Shown here: positions 12,768 through 26,113 of the stretch, in pieces | How the letters are laid out: every line of letters starts with the position of its first letter | How positions within the stretch are numbered: the stretch's first letter is position 1 | NCBI GenBank assembly: GCA_030390025.1 | Contig: CM059425.1 | Coordinates: 172,982,001 to 173,046,000 of the forward strand | Direction: 5' to 3' | DNA length: 64,000 nt | Source of the DNA: Squalus acanthias | Taxonomy: Eukaryota | Made by a program: the position numbers and the translations under genes | Notes under the pieces: model-generated | What the model saw: the letters and a program-made list of their open reading frames with translations, nothing else | What the model was told of the DNA's origin: nothing | The model's database searches: none

Positions 12768-13511
12768 GGCCCAGAAATTGATCTCGCTCTGTTCCCGCGG
12801 GGGTAAGGCTTCCCCGCGATCTCTCACTCCGCGTTGGCTTTTTCAGATCCAGCTCGCACGAACTTGATGTTCCAGACATCAGCTGGGCAGTGCTTGCGTA
12901 TCCCACCGGCGTAGTGAATTCGTGCGAGCTGTGGGATCACGTGACTCAGTTAGAGCCAATGGCAGCACACCATCTTCCATTCATAAGTTTCACATACGTG
13001 CTGTGAAATCTATGAATCTTACACCCCCCCAAAATAACAGCTAAACCTCAATTAAATTTAAAAAAAAAACCATCACATTAATAAAATAAGTATAGTTAAA
13101 TAAATTAACCATTTTAAATAAAAAATTAAATTTTTGAAAAAATTTAAAATCTTTTAAAAAGTTATAAAAACAAACTTACCTGTCTTTAAAGTCTCTAAAA
13201 AAGATATACCTGTTAAAAAAAATTCAAAAAAATACTTAATTCACTACTTACCTTGTTAAAAGTGGGTCTTACTCCTCCTTTTTCCATTTCTAAAATCTTC
13301 CGTCCTTACCTGCGCGTCCAAAGCACGAAGTGCACAGCGTGCGCGCAGCCTGTAGCGCGCACGCGATGCACCAAGGAACCGCCCCCTTTTCAAAAGACCA
13401 AGTGCCGGTTTTCAGCGCATGCGCAGGGCATGCAGAAAACCGGCAATTGGAGAGAGAATATGCGAGAGTACGCAGTGCGTACTCTCGCGCAGCGGGATGA
13501 ATTTTTGGTCC
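12768..13511. mobile_element. Harbinger-type MITE
   Basis: TIRs ggcccagaaatt / aatttttggtcc; 3-bp TSD TAT (12765-12767 and 13512-13514); AT-rich core; inserted in CR1. Confidence 0.85.
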
Positions 13512-14045
13512 TATGTCTTCTTGAAGTCTATCACTATCCTCCTCACTGTTCACTATACTTCCACGTTTTGTATCATCTGCAAATTTTGAAATTGTGCCCT
13601 GCACACCCAAGTCTAAGTCATTAATATATATCAAGAAAAGCAGTGGTCCTAGTACCGACCCCTGGGGAACACGACTGTGTACCTTCCTCCAGTCCGAAAA
13701 ACAACTGTTCACCACTACTCTCTGTTTCCTGTCACTTAGCCAATTTCGTATCCACGCTGCCGCTGTCCCTTTTATTCCATGGGCTTCAACTTTGCTGGCA
13801 AGCCTATTATGTGGCACTTTATCAAACGCCTTTTGGAAGTCCATGTACACCACATCAACCGCATTGCCCTCATAAACCCTCTGTTACCTCACCAAAAAAC
13901 TCAAACAAGTTAGTTAAACATGATTTGCTTTTGACAAATCCATGCTGCTTTCCCTAATTAATCCTTACTTGTCCAAGTGACTGTTAATTTTGTCCCGGAT
14001 TATCGTTTCTAAAAGCTTCCCTACTACCGAGGTTAAAGTGACTGG

Positions 14046-14420
14046 TGCCCCAGGTGGGCAGAGGAAACGCTTCAAGGACACCCTCAAAGCCTCCTTGAAA
14101 AAGTGTAACATCCCCACCGACACCTGAGAATCCCTGGCCCAAGACCGCACAAGGTGGAGGAGAAGCATCTGGGAAGGCACCGAACACCTCGAGTCTCTTC
14201 GCCGGGAGCAAGCGGAAGCCAAGTGCAGGCAGCGCAAGGAGCGCACGTCAACCCAAGCACCCCACCCACCTGCTCCTTCAACCACCGTCTGCCCCACCTG
14301 TGACAGAGACTGTAGGTCCTGCATTGGACTCATCAGTCACCTGCGAACTCATTTTTAATGTGGAAGCAAGTCATCCTCGGTTCTGAGGGACTGCCTAAGA
14401 AGAAGAAGAAGAAGAAGAAG
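14046..14420 (+). mobile_element. RTE-clade LINE 3' end
   Basis: GGQRKRFKDTLK...CPTCDRDCRSCIGLISHLRTHF*; (aag)n tail; near-perfect TSD aaa(g/c)tgactgg at 14035-14045 and 14421-14431. Confidence 0.9.
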
Positions 14421-14631
14421 AAACTGACTGGCTTGTAGTTGCTGGGTTTATCCTTACACCCTTTTTTGAACAAGGGTGTAATATTTGCAATTCTCCAGTC
14501 CTCTGGCACCACCCCCGTATCCAAGGAGGATTCGAAGATTATGGTCAGTACCTCGGCAATTTCCACTTTACTTCCCTTAGCATCCTAGGATGCATCCCAT
14601 CCGGTCCTGGTGACTTATCTACTTTAAGTAC

Positions 14632-14719
14632 TTCACCTGAGGAAGGGGCCACGTAAGCTCCGAAAGCTTGTGATTTCAAATAAAACTGTTGGACTATAAC
14701 CTGGTGTTGTGCGACTTCT
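14632..14719 (+). ncRNA. 88-bp Penelope-type insertion containing a minimal type I hammerhead ribozyme (14633-14673)
   Basis: TCAC-CTGAGGA-A-GGGGC/cacgtaa/GCTCC-GAAA-GC-TT-GTGA; flanked by 12-bp direct repeat tactttaagtac. Confidence 0.75.
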
Positions 14720-14747
14720 TACTTTAAGTACAGCCAGCCTTTCTAGT

Positions 14748-16290
14748 CCAGTGTAGATTCACCAGAATGATACCAGGGCTTAAAGGGTTAAATTATGAGC
14801 ACAAGTTGTATAAACTTAGCTTGTTTCCTCTGGTGTGGGAATCCAGAACAAGAGGGCATAATCTTAAAATTAGAGCTAGACCATTTAGGAGTGAAATCAG
14901 GAAGCAATTTTTCACACAAAGGATAGTGGAAAATAACAACAAACTCAACAACAACTTGAATTTATATAGCGCCCTTAACATAGTAAAACGTCGCAAGGCG
15001 CTTCAGAGAAGTGTTATCAAACAGAATTTGACACCAAGCCACATAGGAGATATTAGAGCAGGTGACCAAAAGCTTGGTAAAACAGGTAGGTTTTAAGGAG
15101 CGCTTTAAAGGAGGAAAGCGAGGTACAGAGGCGGAGAGGTTGAGGGAGGGAGTTCCAGAGCTTAAGGCCTCAGCAGCTGAAGGCACGGCTGCCAATGGTG
15201 GAGCGATTAAAATGGGGATGTGCAAGAGGCCAGAACTGGAGGGGTGCAGATATCTCGGAGGGTTGTAGGGCTGGAGGAGTTTACAGAGATGGGGAGGGGC
15301 GAGGCCATGGAGCGATTTGAAAATAAGGATGAGAATTTTAAAATCGTGGCATCGCTCAACTGGGAGCCAATGTAGGTCAGTGAGCACAGGGGTGATGGGT
15401 GAATGGGACTCAGTGCAAGTTAGGACACGGGCAGCCGAGGCAGGGGCAAAGTCGGTTGATGCTACGGAGGTGGAAGTAAGCAGTCTTAGTGATGGCGCGG
15501 ATATGTGGTCGGAAGCTCATCTCGGGGTCAAATACGACACTAAGATTGTGAACAGTCTGGTTCAGCCTCAGACAGTTGCCAGGGAGAGGGATGGAGTTGG
15601 TGGTTAGGGAACAGAGTCTGTGGCGGGGACAAAGACAATGGTTTTGGTCTTCCCAATATTTAGTTGGCGGAAATGTCTGCTCATCCAGTTCTGGATGTTG
15701 GACAAGCAGTCTGACAATTTAGAGACAGTGGAGGGGTCGAGAGAGGTGGTGGTGAGGTAGAGTTGGATGTCATCAGCGTACATGTGGAACCTGACACTGT
15801 GTTTTCGGATGATGTCGCCGAGGGGCAGCCTGTAGATGAGAAATAGGAGGGGGCCAATGATAGATCCTTGGGGGTTCCAGAGGTAACGGTGCGGGAGCAG
15901 GAAGAGAAGCCATTGCAGGTGAGTCTCTGGTTAGGACTGGATAGGAATGAATCGAACCAGGCGAGCGCAGTTCCACCCATCTAGATGACGGAGGAGAGGT
16001 ATTGGAGGAGGATGGTGTGGTCAACCGTGTCAAAGGCTGCAGACAGGTTGAGAAGGACGAGGAGGGATAGTTTACCACGAGGAAGGATAGAAACCTAGAA
16101 CTCGCTCCCTCTAAAGGTTGTGGATGCTGGGTCAATTGAAATTTCAAGACTGAGATCAAAAGATTTTTGTTAGGTAAGGGTATCAAAGTAAACGGTAGGT
16201 AAATGGAGAAGTGGTACAGATCAGCCACGATTTAATTGAATGGAAGCATAGGCTCAAGGGGCTGAATGGCTTACTCTTGTTCCTATGTAT
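14748..16290 (+). mobile_element. Old CR1 3' end (14748-14933 and ~16085-16290) split by L2
   Basis: RMIPGLKGLNY...ESRTRGHNLKIRARPFRSEIRKQFFTQR; CR1 3' UTR resumes after 16085. Confidence 0.75.
14934..16075 (-). mobile_element. L2 LINE 3' portion
   Basis: LHWLPV...FKILILIFKSLHGLAP, YADD and LSAAFDTVDH motifs; (ttg)n tail. Confidence 0.9.
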
Positions 16291-16770
16291 ACAGATCTGG
16301 AAACATTAGTGACTCCAAAATTTCTCTTCAAATCATAATCCTGAATATTCCACATTAGCAAAGGTTTTTAGCCTCAAATGTTTCATGAACATCAACATTG
16401 CATTCTAAATGTAATCTGATTTGTCAGTTGAATTGTTCTCAATTTATATACCATTTTAAATGTCTCAACTGTTGTTTGTGGTATGGTACAATATTTCACT
16501 GGTAACCTTGGGACATTTTACTACATTATAGGTGCTATCTAAATGCAATTTGTTGTTGTTGTAATCATTCAGGTACAAGTCATTCTTCTTATAAAGAATA
16601 ACATCATGACAATCAGCACAACTGACTTCATGCAGTCTGTCCTACAAAGAGTAAGTTCAGTTCAAAAAAGACTAAACCTAATTAAAATAATCAGCTTCTT
16701 ATAATCATCTGGAGCACAAATTTAACTTATAATTAACCTGAATTACTGGCATTATTGATAAATATTTTAC

Positions 16771-16864
16771 CTGATCTTCCACTATTCTCCACAGATCGAA
16801 GTTTGTACGAGTATTGAAATCAGGTAGTGATTCACGACCTGCTTGTGCTAACATTATTTCTTGC
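16771..16864 (-). CDS. TMEM232: TMEM232 penultimate coding exon
   Basis: tttcag acceptor and gtaaaa donor; 94 nt, phase 2 to 0. Encodes QEIMLAQAGRESLPDFNTRTNFDLWRIVEDQ. Confidence 0.88.
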
Positions 16865-17307
16865 CTGAAATAAAACATGATATTTATAGTTACCTTAACA
16901 ATTTGCTCTCAGAAAAACTGAAGAAAACAGGAAGAATTAGAGAGTGCAAAATAATCAGAGTTACAGGAAGATAAAGAGAATTTTGTTTTGGCTGTGAACC
17001 ATGCCATAAGAGATGACATTTAAAGAAATCTACATAGAACATTTACATGACAGAGGAAGCGTGATCTTATATTCACTATCTAATATGTGTTGGTGCGTGT
17101 TACTGTGCTTTTTGCAATCACTTTAGAATTGATTACAGTGCAGGAATAGCTATCACCAGGTTAAGGCCACTCTGATTCATTATTTACATTTCTAAAAAGC
17201 TTTGTTTAAAATAAAAATAGTCCAGATACATACAAGCACTCTGGTTGGAGTAACATGCATGGTAGTCCAGAAAGCACAGTCAGATTGAAGTGGCTTTAAA
17301 TAACAAA

Positions 17308-18055
17308 GGGGGAGAAATTCACCTGGTTTGCGCCTCCCGTTAGCGCCTGTGGGTGGCGGTAACGGGTCGCTAAGGAGTTACCGACCGGGCGCGGGGAATT
17401 CACCAACGCCCGCGAACTTCCCTGGCGGATTTGGGCTGGCGCAAAGACTTACCGCCTCGCTCTCTTGCGCCCCGAAGATCATGATGTCATCTGGTGTGCA
17501 GCGCCCCGGAAGTGATATTCGCTCCTGCCCCCTGCAGCATCGCCAGGCGTCAACAGCGGCGGCTACAGGAGGCATTGTCACCTCGGCTGGCCGCCAGAGG
17601 AGCGCTATTTAAAGGCTGTGGTGGTCAGGTAGGGCAAAATTTATTTATGTCCCCATTCTGGTGCCTCCTGCCTTCTTTTGCCCCCGTGATTGCTCAGCCC
17701 TGCACTCTCTTAGAGTGCTTGGGGCTGCTATGCGCGTTGCACAAGTGCCGTCGCCCAACAGACACAGCCTGAAGGTTCATTCAACGCAGCATTGGCCCTT
17801 CCCTTTAAGGGAGAGAAGGAGCCTGTAAAGACGGCAGCACTTCCCCAAACATTGCTCAGCGCTCTGCCACTACTGCCCCTCTCACTCCCTTTAGCGCTCT
17901 AAGGGAAGTGGTAGCGTTTGATTTAGCGCTCCACTTCCCTCTTGGAGCGGTAAAGCGGAAGTTCCCGGCAGCAGCAAATCTTTTTCTCCCGGCAATACTT
18001 CTGTGCTCCCTGAAAAGTTATCGCCCCAAATGGGGCGCTATGCAATTTCTAGCCC
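17308..18055. mobile_element. Harbinger-type MITE, GC-rich
   Basis: TIRs gggggagaaatt / aatttctagccc; TSD AAA. Confidence 0.75.
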
Positions 18056-18692
18056 AAAGATTTAAATGTACTTAACTCAATGCTAATTAATGCATTTTAA
18101 TGGCCTCAACCCATCCAGAATGGCCAAATGCAAAATCAGCATGCCACTATAAAAATTATAAAGTATCTTATACTACTCACCTAAGCGGATATATATTATT
18201 ATTTATCCTATTTATATTATTCAAAAATATCTTCTTTACATAATGTTTTCAGGAGTGAAGACTAGAACTAATTCTCTACTCCATTTAGTCCACATGGCTA
18301 CTTTAGCTAGTCCTCTAAAATAGTGTGATACAATAACTTGTCAAGGGCTAGTTGACGTTATTATTGTGACTCACTCACTGACAGTGTATATCTATTTCAA
18401 AATCAGATGGTCAGAAAGGAGCTGAAGAGGGGCACTGTTTCTGTTACTGCTGTTTAGCAGTAAGACTGTATATCAAACTTACAACAATCATATGCATTTC
18501 TTGTTTATATTTAAAATCCCAAAACGTCTGTCAAAAGAACATTTAAATTATCTCCGTGAAAACTTCTTAAAATATACATGATGATATCTGTCCATTACTC
18601 AACATTAAATCCTGAGGATAGGATTTTTTTAAATGATGGACATTCTTGAGAGAAGTGAAAGGAACTTCACAAAAAGACCTGTGAGACATTAA

Positions 18693-20655
18693 GGCCTGGA
18701 AATTGGATAAGGCCCAAAAACGGCAGCGGGCAGTGCGAAGCGCTATGTGCCCACGCCCGTTCAAAGTGGTGCAGGCAGCACGCAAAATTTGCTAAACGCT
18801 AAACACGCTGCTGATTGGCTTAGCGCTGAATGAGCGGGGGGGGGGCAATATCAGTTGCAGTCTACTGGCCAATAGAATTTGGCCTAGGTTCTCTGCACTA
18901 CTTAAAGGGGAGGTGCTTTGTTGCAGATGCAGCTCATTGTCATTGTGGAGCGAGCCATGGCCCAACAGCCAAGGGAAAGGGTGAGGAGATTGTCAAATGC
19001 GACATTGGAGGCCTTGGGCCTGGGGGTTCTCTACCATCAGGTCCTCTACCGGCTGTGGGACACGAGGTCTTCAAGGCTGAACACCAGAAATCTGTGGAAG
19101 GAGATTGCTGAAGCCGTCACTGCAACGAGTGTTGTCCCCAGGATCTGGATCCAGTGCCGAGCGAAGTTTAATGACCTCACACGAGTGGTCAAGGTGAGTG
19201 AATGCATCATCAAATGCCATATCCCACCATCTGCACCACAAACCTCATACACTGCTCAATGCACCACACCCCCATCACTCACCTACCAACAATCTCTAGC
19301 TATCACCACTCATACCATCACAACCTTACCACTGCTGCAACACTCACACCCACATCTCACACCTTGCACACACTGACAGCTATTCAACTATGGCAGGCAC
19401 ATCACCCAAACACATTGCACTACACTCACTGACACACTTCCCTTTCTCTTGCAGGCCAAGGTGGCACATGAGAGGAGGGAGCAACAGCCTACAGGAGGCA
19501 GCCAAGCCACAATAGAGAACCTGATGGACCTGGCGGAATCAGTGCTTGAAATTATTGGAGGGGCAGTGACGGAGTCCGTGGCCAGCGGAGCAGTTGAAAC
19601 CATTGCTGATGATGACGGTATGGTCATACCTAATCCTTCTTCTCACATCCCATTTCCCCCTTATCCCCTAATCTCTTCTCACTTACAAGCATCGTGTATG
19701 CATGAAAATCTTTCTTTGTTCAGAGAGAAGACAATGAAGTCCCTTCTCCTGGAGTAGAGAACTTCTGTGGCCTCCTGGACGCAGCGATGAACGGCGAACT
19801 GGGAAATGTTAGCTATGTCTCCTGCTGCAGACTGGAAGGATCTGCTGGCAAAGAAATTGAGGGCCACGGTGACCTTGAGGGCCACTGGGAGAGCTGTCAT
19901 CGCTGTGCTCTAAGGCTGCAGGTCTGGTTGCGGGAGGTGGCAGAGTTCTGTAACCACCTCCTTGGTGAAGTGGAGCCTCCTAATACACTGCTCATCACTT
20001 AAGTGGAAGTAAGAGACGTGCTCTCGGAAGACCCTAGTTGGGTAAGGCCTCCTGTTGAGAGCCTCCTGGCCCTCCTCCTCCTCCCTCTGCGCACATCTTC
20101 TTGTCTTCTTCGCTGCCTCCCCTCCCTCTCCCGAAGAGCGCGAGGGGGACTGCAAGTGCAGCCCCCATGACTGTAAGCAAGTGGTGTGAGCAGAAGCCTT
20201 TAAATGAGAATCAAGGCGTTCTCCACTTGCAGCAACACTCCCTGTGACCTCAACAACTTTAAACAAGTTTAGAAAGCTGCTGGAGTTGCAGAAAGTTGCA
20301 CAGAGCCAGTCAAACTGAGAAACCATGTCAGCTGCAAGTTCTTGCTGATGATCCCTTTAAATAGCGCTGCTGGGGGCTCCCTGCTGCTGAACGCTTGGTC
20401 AGCTAGTTGTAATTAAGAGAGGCTGTTAAGTGGAGAGGCGACATCGAAAATGGCAGATTGTGCATCAAATTAGCGTTGCACACTCATTGATGTCACAATC
20501 TCTCTAGCGAGCGCTGGCAACAAGCAGCGCTGCTGACTTGCCCAAAATGGCGGCTGCCGCGGGATCCACCAGAAGCAGGCGGACGCGAGTCAGCCTGCAT
20601 TTTCTCATCAAAACGGACCTTAACGGCTGTGTTTAACACCCAAATTTCTAGTCCC
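18693..20655 (+). mobile_element. Internally deleted Harbinger with both TIRs: Myb gene 5' part (+, ATG 18957) and convergent transposase 5' part (-)
   Basis: TIRs ggcctggaaattgg / ccaaatttctagtccc; TSD TAA (18690-18692 and 20656-20658); QCRAKFNDL and ALPVALKVTVALNFF motifs. Confidence 0.9.
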
Positions 20656-21255
20656 TAATGTTTGCCTGCCCATCTCAATGACCTGCAATTGCCCACTTGC
20701 CGAATCTAATGCTATCCTCAAAAATCCCCTCACTTTTGTCTGCTCTTGTAAATTACTGTACCTTGCGCCCTGAGACAATAACCCTTTCTTTAAGCTTACT
20801 GATCAATAGACAGTTTTTGCAACTTGTCACTCTTTTAATGTATCTTGGGTTCTCATTTGTGAGCATTGCACAGCAAACACACTTGACAGTCTCTATCTTA
20901 ATTTTACTTCTCTCAGATGCTGCCCATTCAGTCTTGTTTCTCCCCTTTGCCCCTGTCATGTTTCAAAATCTATTGACCAATTTTTACAGAAAAGCTATGG
21001 GAAAATTGATACTTTAAATGTTGGGTTTTTTAAAGCATGGTGTATTCAGAGAAGTTAAAAAAAGCAAAGCGGTGGGGAACCAGCATTGTCAATCTCTGCC
21101 CATACTTCCAGTTCCTAACGGTGACTTTACACCACCACTGCTGAAAAGCAATGGATTTTTTTTTTAAACTAATTTTATAGTTGAATTATTATAGCTGGAA
21201 ACTAAGAACAGATGTAGTTCAAAATCATTGAGAATTATGTTAAATTTGTTCTTAC

Positions 21256-21503
21256 CTGAGCGAAAGACATGCCATTTTTTTTTCGACGTTCAATTGTTTC
21301 TGAAGCGGAGGCCTGGAATGAATGGGTCGTTGTGGCAGCATCCGAGGCAAAGGGATATAAGGAACCACAGGAGGCAGGCAGAGCTGAGACAGAATGCTTG
21401 CTATTCGCCAACCCAGAAAGTGAACTGCTACTGAGCTCCTGAGAGACGGTGATGTTTTAGAGCTTGCATTAGTGAAAGGATTTATTGGGCCATTTAACTC
21501 TGC
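21256..21503 (-). CDS. TMEM232: TMEM232 coding exon
   Basis: Polypyrimidine tract plus cctag acceptor, gtaag donor; 248 nt, phase 0 to 2. Encodes AELNGPINPFTNASS...FLGWRIASILSQLCLPPVVPYIPL...EKKMACLSL(R), like recalled AELNDPTDPF...IGWRIANTLSKLFFPP. Confidence 0.88.
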
Positions 21504-21618
21504 CTAGGAAAACAAAAAAAAGGACATAATACAAATTAAGTGCAGCACAAATAAGCAATATTTGTTCATCATCTATGTCTGAGTAGTACCAAATAACATG
21601 TTTGCAATGAGATACATT

Positions 21619-21850
21619 GGCCCGGAAATCTCAGTTGGTAATACCAGCAAATGAACAGTGTTCGCTGTTATTACCGCTTTGAAACTGACCAGAACTTGAG
21701 GATGTAGTGCATACACATCCTAACACAGAAATCCTGAAGTTGCAGTTAGTCATTCACTGCTCCGACACTGGCTGCGCTGTGCACCCACCCGCCCCCCGTG
21801 CACCGCCCCCCCCCCCGCCCCCCACAGCCGGCAATCAGTGTAATCTGTGA
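21619..21850. mobile_element. Harbinger-type MITE end truncated by CR1
   Basis: ggcccggaaat terminus; similar to 59410-59540. Confidence 0.5.
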
Positions 21851-24487
21851 ATCAGAAAAATCATAGAGTCATAACAGCACAGAAGAAGGCCATTCAGCCC
21901 ATCGAGTCCACGCCGGCTCTCTGTAGAGCAATCCAGTCAGTCCCATTCCCCCGCTCTATCCCCGTAGCCCTGCAAGTTTATTTCCCTCAAGTGCCTATCC
22001 AGTCCCTGCAAGTTTATTTCCCTCAAGTGCCTATCCAGTCTCCCCTTGAAAACATTGAGTGTCTCCGCTTCCGCCACTTCCGTCAGCAGCGAGTTCCAGG
22101 TCCTCACCTCTCGCTGCGTAAAAGTTTTTCCTCACGTCTCCCCTGTATCTCTTGCCCAAAACCTTAAATCTGTGTCCCCATGTCCTTGTACCATCAACTA
22201 GTGGGAACAGCCTTTCCCCGTCTAGCCTATCCAAACCCATCATAATCTTTTACATCTCTATCAAATCACCCCTCAACCTTCTTTGCTCTAATGAAAACAA
22301 ATCCAGCTTCTCCAACCTGTCCTTGTAGCTAAGATCTCCCATCCCCAGAACCATTCTGGTAAATCTCTTCTCCACCCTCTCAAGTGCCTTCACATCCTTT
22401 CTAAAGTGTGGTGACCAGAACTGGACGCAATACTCCAGTTGTGGCCTAACCAGCGCTTTATAAAGGTTCAGCATAACTTCTCTACTTTTGTACTCAATAC
22501 CTCTATTTATGAAGCCCAAGATCTCATATGCTTTGTTAACCACTCTCTCAATATGTCCCGCCACCTTCAGGGACCTATGCACATTACCTCCCAGGTCCCT
22601 CTGTCCATGCACATGCTTTAAAACTGTGCCATTAAGTGTATATTGCCTCTCCCTGTTCCTTCTGCCAAAATGCATCACCTCACACTTCTCTGTATTAAAT
22701 TCCATCTGCCACTTGTCTGCCCATTCTGCTAGCCTTTCTATGTCCTGTTGCAGTCGATTGGTATCATCCTCACTATTTGCCACACCCCCAAGTTTGGTGT
22801 CATCGGCAAATTTAGAAATTCTACTCTGTATTCCAATATCCAGGTCATTTATATATATATCAAAAAAAGCAGTGACCCCAGCACTGACCCTTGGGGAACA
22901 CCACTGTCTACCAGCCTCCAGTCTGAAAAACAGCCATTTACCAAAACTCGCTGTTTTCTGTCCTTGAGCCAATTCCTTATCCAAGCTGTCACTGACCCAC
23001 CTATTCCATGAACCTCAATTTTGTTAACCAGCCTTCTATGTGGTACTTTGTCAAATGCCTTCCTAAAATCCATGTAGACAACATCCATTGCATTCCCTTC
23101 ATCAACCCTCCCTGTTACTTCATCAGAGAATTCAATTAGATTAGTCAAACACGATCTGCCTTTTACAAATCCGTGTTGGCTCTCCTTAATTAGCTTAAAC
23201 CTCTCCAAGTGCTCGTTAATTTTTTCCTTGATTATTGTTTCTAAAACTTTACCCACCACTGATGTTAAACTGACCGGCCTGTAGTTACTAGGATTGTCCT
23301 TACACCCTTTCTTGAACAATGATGTCACATTCGCCACTTTCTAATCCTCAGGCACATCCCCCGCATCTAGGGAAGATTAGAAAATTATGGCAAGCCCTTC
23401 TGCTATCTCCTCCCCCAATTCCCTTAGCAATCTGGGATGCAAGCCATCTGGACCAGGCGACTTATCCACTCTAAGCATACCCAGTCTTTCTAGTAAATTC
23501 TGTCTATCAATTTTCACCCCTTCCATTGTTTCCACCTTTTCCACTTCTACCGATATTTTGTCAGCATCCACCTCCTTAGTAAACACTGATACAAAGTACT
23601 CATTGAGTATTCTAGCTTTGCCCTGCGCCTCTCAGAATATATCACCTTCTTTATCCCTAATAAGTCCCACCCCTCCTATTACTACCCGCTTACTGTTTAC
23701 ATACAAGTAGAAGATTTTTGGGCTCCCTTTTATGTTAACCACCATTCTACTCTCATATTCTCTCTTTGCCAATCTTATTTTCATCTTCACATCCCCTCTC
23801 AACTTATTGTATTTGGTCTGGTTCTCCCTTGAAGAATTCACCTGACATTCATCATACACCCTCTTTTTTTGTTTCATCATCTTCTCTATCTCCCTTGTCA
23901 TCCAAGGAGCCCTTGTTTTGGTTCCCTTACCTTTCCCTCTTGTTGGAATGTACCTAGCCTGTACTTGGAACATCTCCTCCTTAAAGATCACCCATTGTTC
24001 CGTTACAGTTTTTCCTGTCAGTCTTTGGTTCCATTTTACCCATGCTAGATCCTTTTGCATCCCATTGAAGTTAGCCCTATTGCAGTTTAGAAGTTCCACT
24101 CTAGATTGTTCCTTGCTCCTCTCCATTGCTAATCTAAATCTTATAATACGATGATCACTCGTACCCAAGTGTTCTCCCACAGACACTTGGTCGACCTGGC
24201 CCACCTCATTCCCCAGCACCAGATCCAGCAATACCTCCTTCCTAGTTGGGCCAAGAACATACTGGTCAAGGAAATTCTCCTGAACACATTTCAGAAATTC
24301 CTCCCCCTCCTTTCCCTTTACCCTAGCATTATCCCAATCGATATTTGGGTAATTAAAGTCCCCCAATATCACCACGCTATAGCTCTTGCATATCTCTGCG
24401 ATTTCCCTGCAGATTTGCTCCTCTACATCCCTCTCACTATTTGGAGGCCTGTAGAATACCCCCAATAGCGTGATCATACCCTTTTTG
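21851..24487 (-). mobile_element. CR1 LINE ORF2 (EN-RT), degenerate
   Basis: GVFYRPPN, LGDFNYP, SDH, DFRKAFDKVPH and KFADDTK motifs across frameshifted ORFs. Confidence 0.93.
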
Positions 24488-24871
24488 CAACCCCCTCCCC
24501 CCAATGATTTGAGTTAGCTGCTCTATTTCAGGAGCATAATGCAAAGGGTGAGTCTGTTGGGCACAGGCTGGTGTATGGACACCTCTACTAGAACAGAAAT
24601 CAGTGCACATCATTTCTAACTGAATGCATTTTCAAACCACTGAATATATTTAAAAAAACTATTTCCTTGATCTGCCAGTGTTTAGTGCAGCAAATCATTG
24701 GTAAAGAATCTTGGCCCAAAATTCCAGTGGGAGTGCAGACAGAAATGGGGCTGATCACCGATCAGGGGAACTGGAAAATAGAGCAGATTCTGTGCTATAT
24801 GATTCTAACCCAGTTCTACCCTACTTTTAGATGACAGCTCAGTGGTACCACTCTTACCTCAGAGTCAGAAG

Positions 24872-26113
24872 AAAGATAAGAAACATAAGAAACAGGAGCA
24901 GGAGTAGGCCAATTGGTCCCTCGAGCCTGCTCCGCCATTCAATAAGATCATGGCTGATCCAATCTTGGCCTCAACACCACTTTTCCGCTCTCTCCCCATA
25001 CCCCTTGACTCCCTTGTAGTTCAAATGTCTGTCAATCTCCGCCTTGAATATATTCAATGACTCCGTCTCCACAGCTCTCTAGGGTAGAGAATTCCAAAGA
25101 TCCACGACCCTCTGAGAGAAGAAATTCCTCCTCATCTCCGTCTTAAATGGGCGACCCCTTATTCTGAAACTATGCCCCCTAGTTCTAGATACCCCCACTA
25201 GAGGAAACATCCTCTCAGCATCCACCCTGTCAATCCCCCTCAGAATCTTGTACAGGAAACTCTCTTTTAACCGACACCTAAATATCCGGAAATCTCTCTT
25301 AACCGGCAAAATTCAGGAGTAGGTTCAGGTAAGTTTTACTATATATTAGTGGCCGTGTAACCGGGGTTCCTGCACCTGTGGCCGTGCACCAGGGACTCCT
25401 GGATCTGTGGCCGTGTAACCGGGACTCCTGCACAAGTGCCATGTAACCGGGGCTCCTGCACCTGTGGCCGTGTATGGGGCTCTCGTACCTTGGTAAGTAT
25501 ACCTCTCTGTAATCCGGACTTTTTGATCAACCGGCACCACGCCGGTCCCGTCGGTGCCGGTTAATAAAGAGTTTCCTGTATGTTTCAATAAGATCACCTC
25601 TCATTCTTCTAAACTCCAATGAGTATAGGCCCAACCTGCTCAACCTTTCGTCATAAGTCAACCCCTTCATCCCAGGAATCAACCTAGTGAACCTTCTCTG
25701 CACTGCCTCCAATGCAAGTATATCCCTCCTTAAATATGGAGACCAAAACTGTACACAGTACTCCAGGTGCGGTCTCACCAGCGCCCTGTAAAGTTGCATC
25801 AAAACGTCCCTACTTTTATACTCCATACCCCTTGCAATAAAGGCCAACGTCCCATTAGCCTTCCTAATTACTTGCTGTACCTGCATGCTAACCTTTTGTG
25901 TTTCATGTACTAGGACCCCCAGATCCCTTTGTACCGCAGCATTTTGTAGTCTCACTCCATTTAAATAATAATTTGCTTTTTCATTCTTCCTTCCAAAGTG
26001 GATAACCTCACATTTTCCCACATTATACTCCATCTGCCAAATTTTTGCCCACTCACTTAATCTATCTAAATCCCTTTGCAGACAACTTGCTAACCCACCT
26101 ATCTTTGTAACAA
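24872..26113 (-). mobile_element. CR1 3' fragment
   Basis: RPHLEYCVQFWSP and RTRGHS motifs; TSD cagaag (24866-24871 and 26114-26119). Confidence 0.92.
25253..25578. mobile_element. Tc1/mariner-pogo-type MITE with internal ~29-bp tandem repeat
   Basis: TIRs caggaaactctcttttaaccgacacc / ggtgccggttaataaagagtttcctg; TA TSD; about 5 copies of gtggccgtgtaaccgggnctcctgcacct at 25349-25490. Confidence 0.85.

Larger units (their letters stand above)
11928..14745 (-). mobile_element. CR1 LINE fragment carrying three younger insertions
   Basis: RT motifs in ORFs 12047-12827, 13290-13853 and 14333-14566; (catagaat)n tail; sequence resumes across each insertion. Confidence 0.9.

Noticed and set aside
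21968..22039. Perfect 36-bp tandem duplication
   Set aside because: Local slippage within a CR1 3' end; no sign of function.
25349..25490. CRISPR-like array
   Set aside because: Head-to-tail repeats without unique spacers, inside a MITE in a vertebrate genome.
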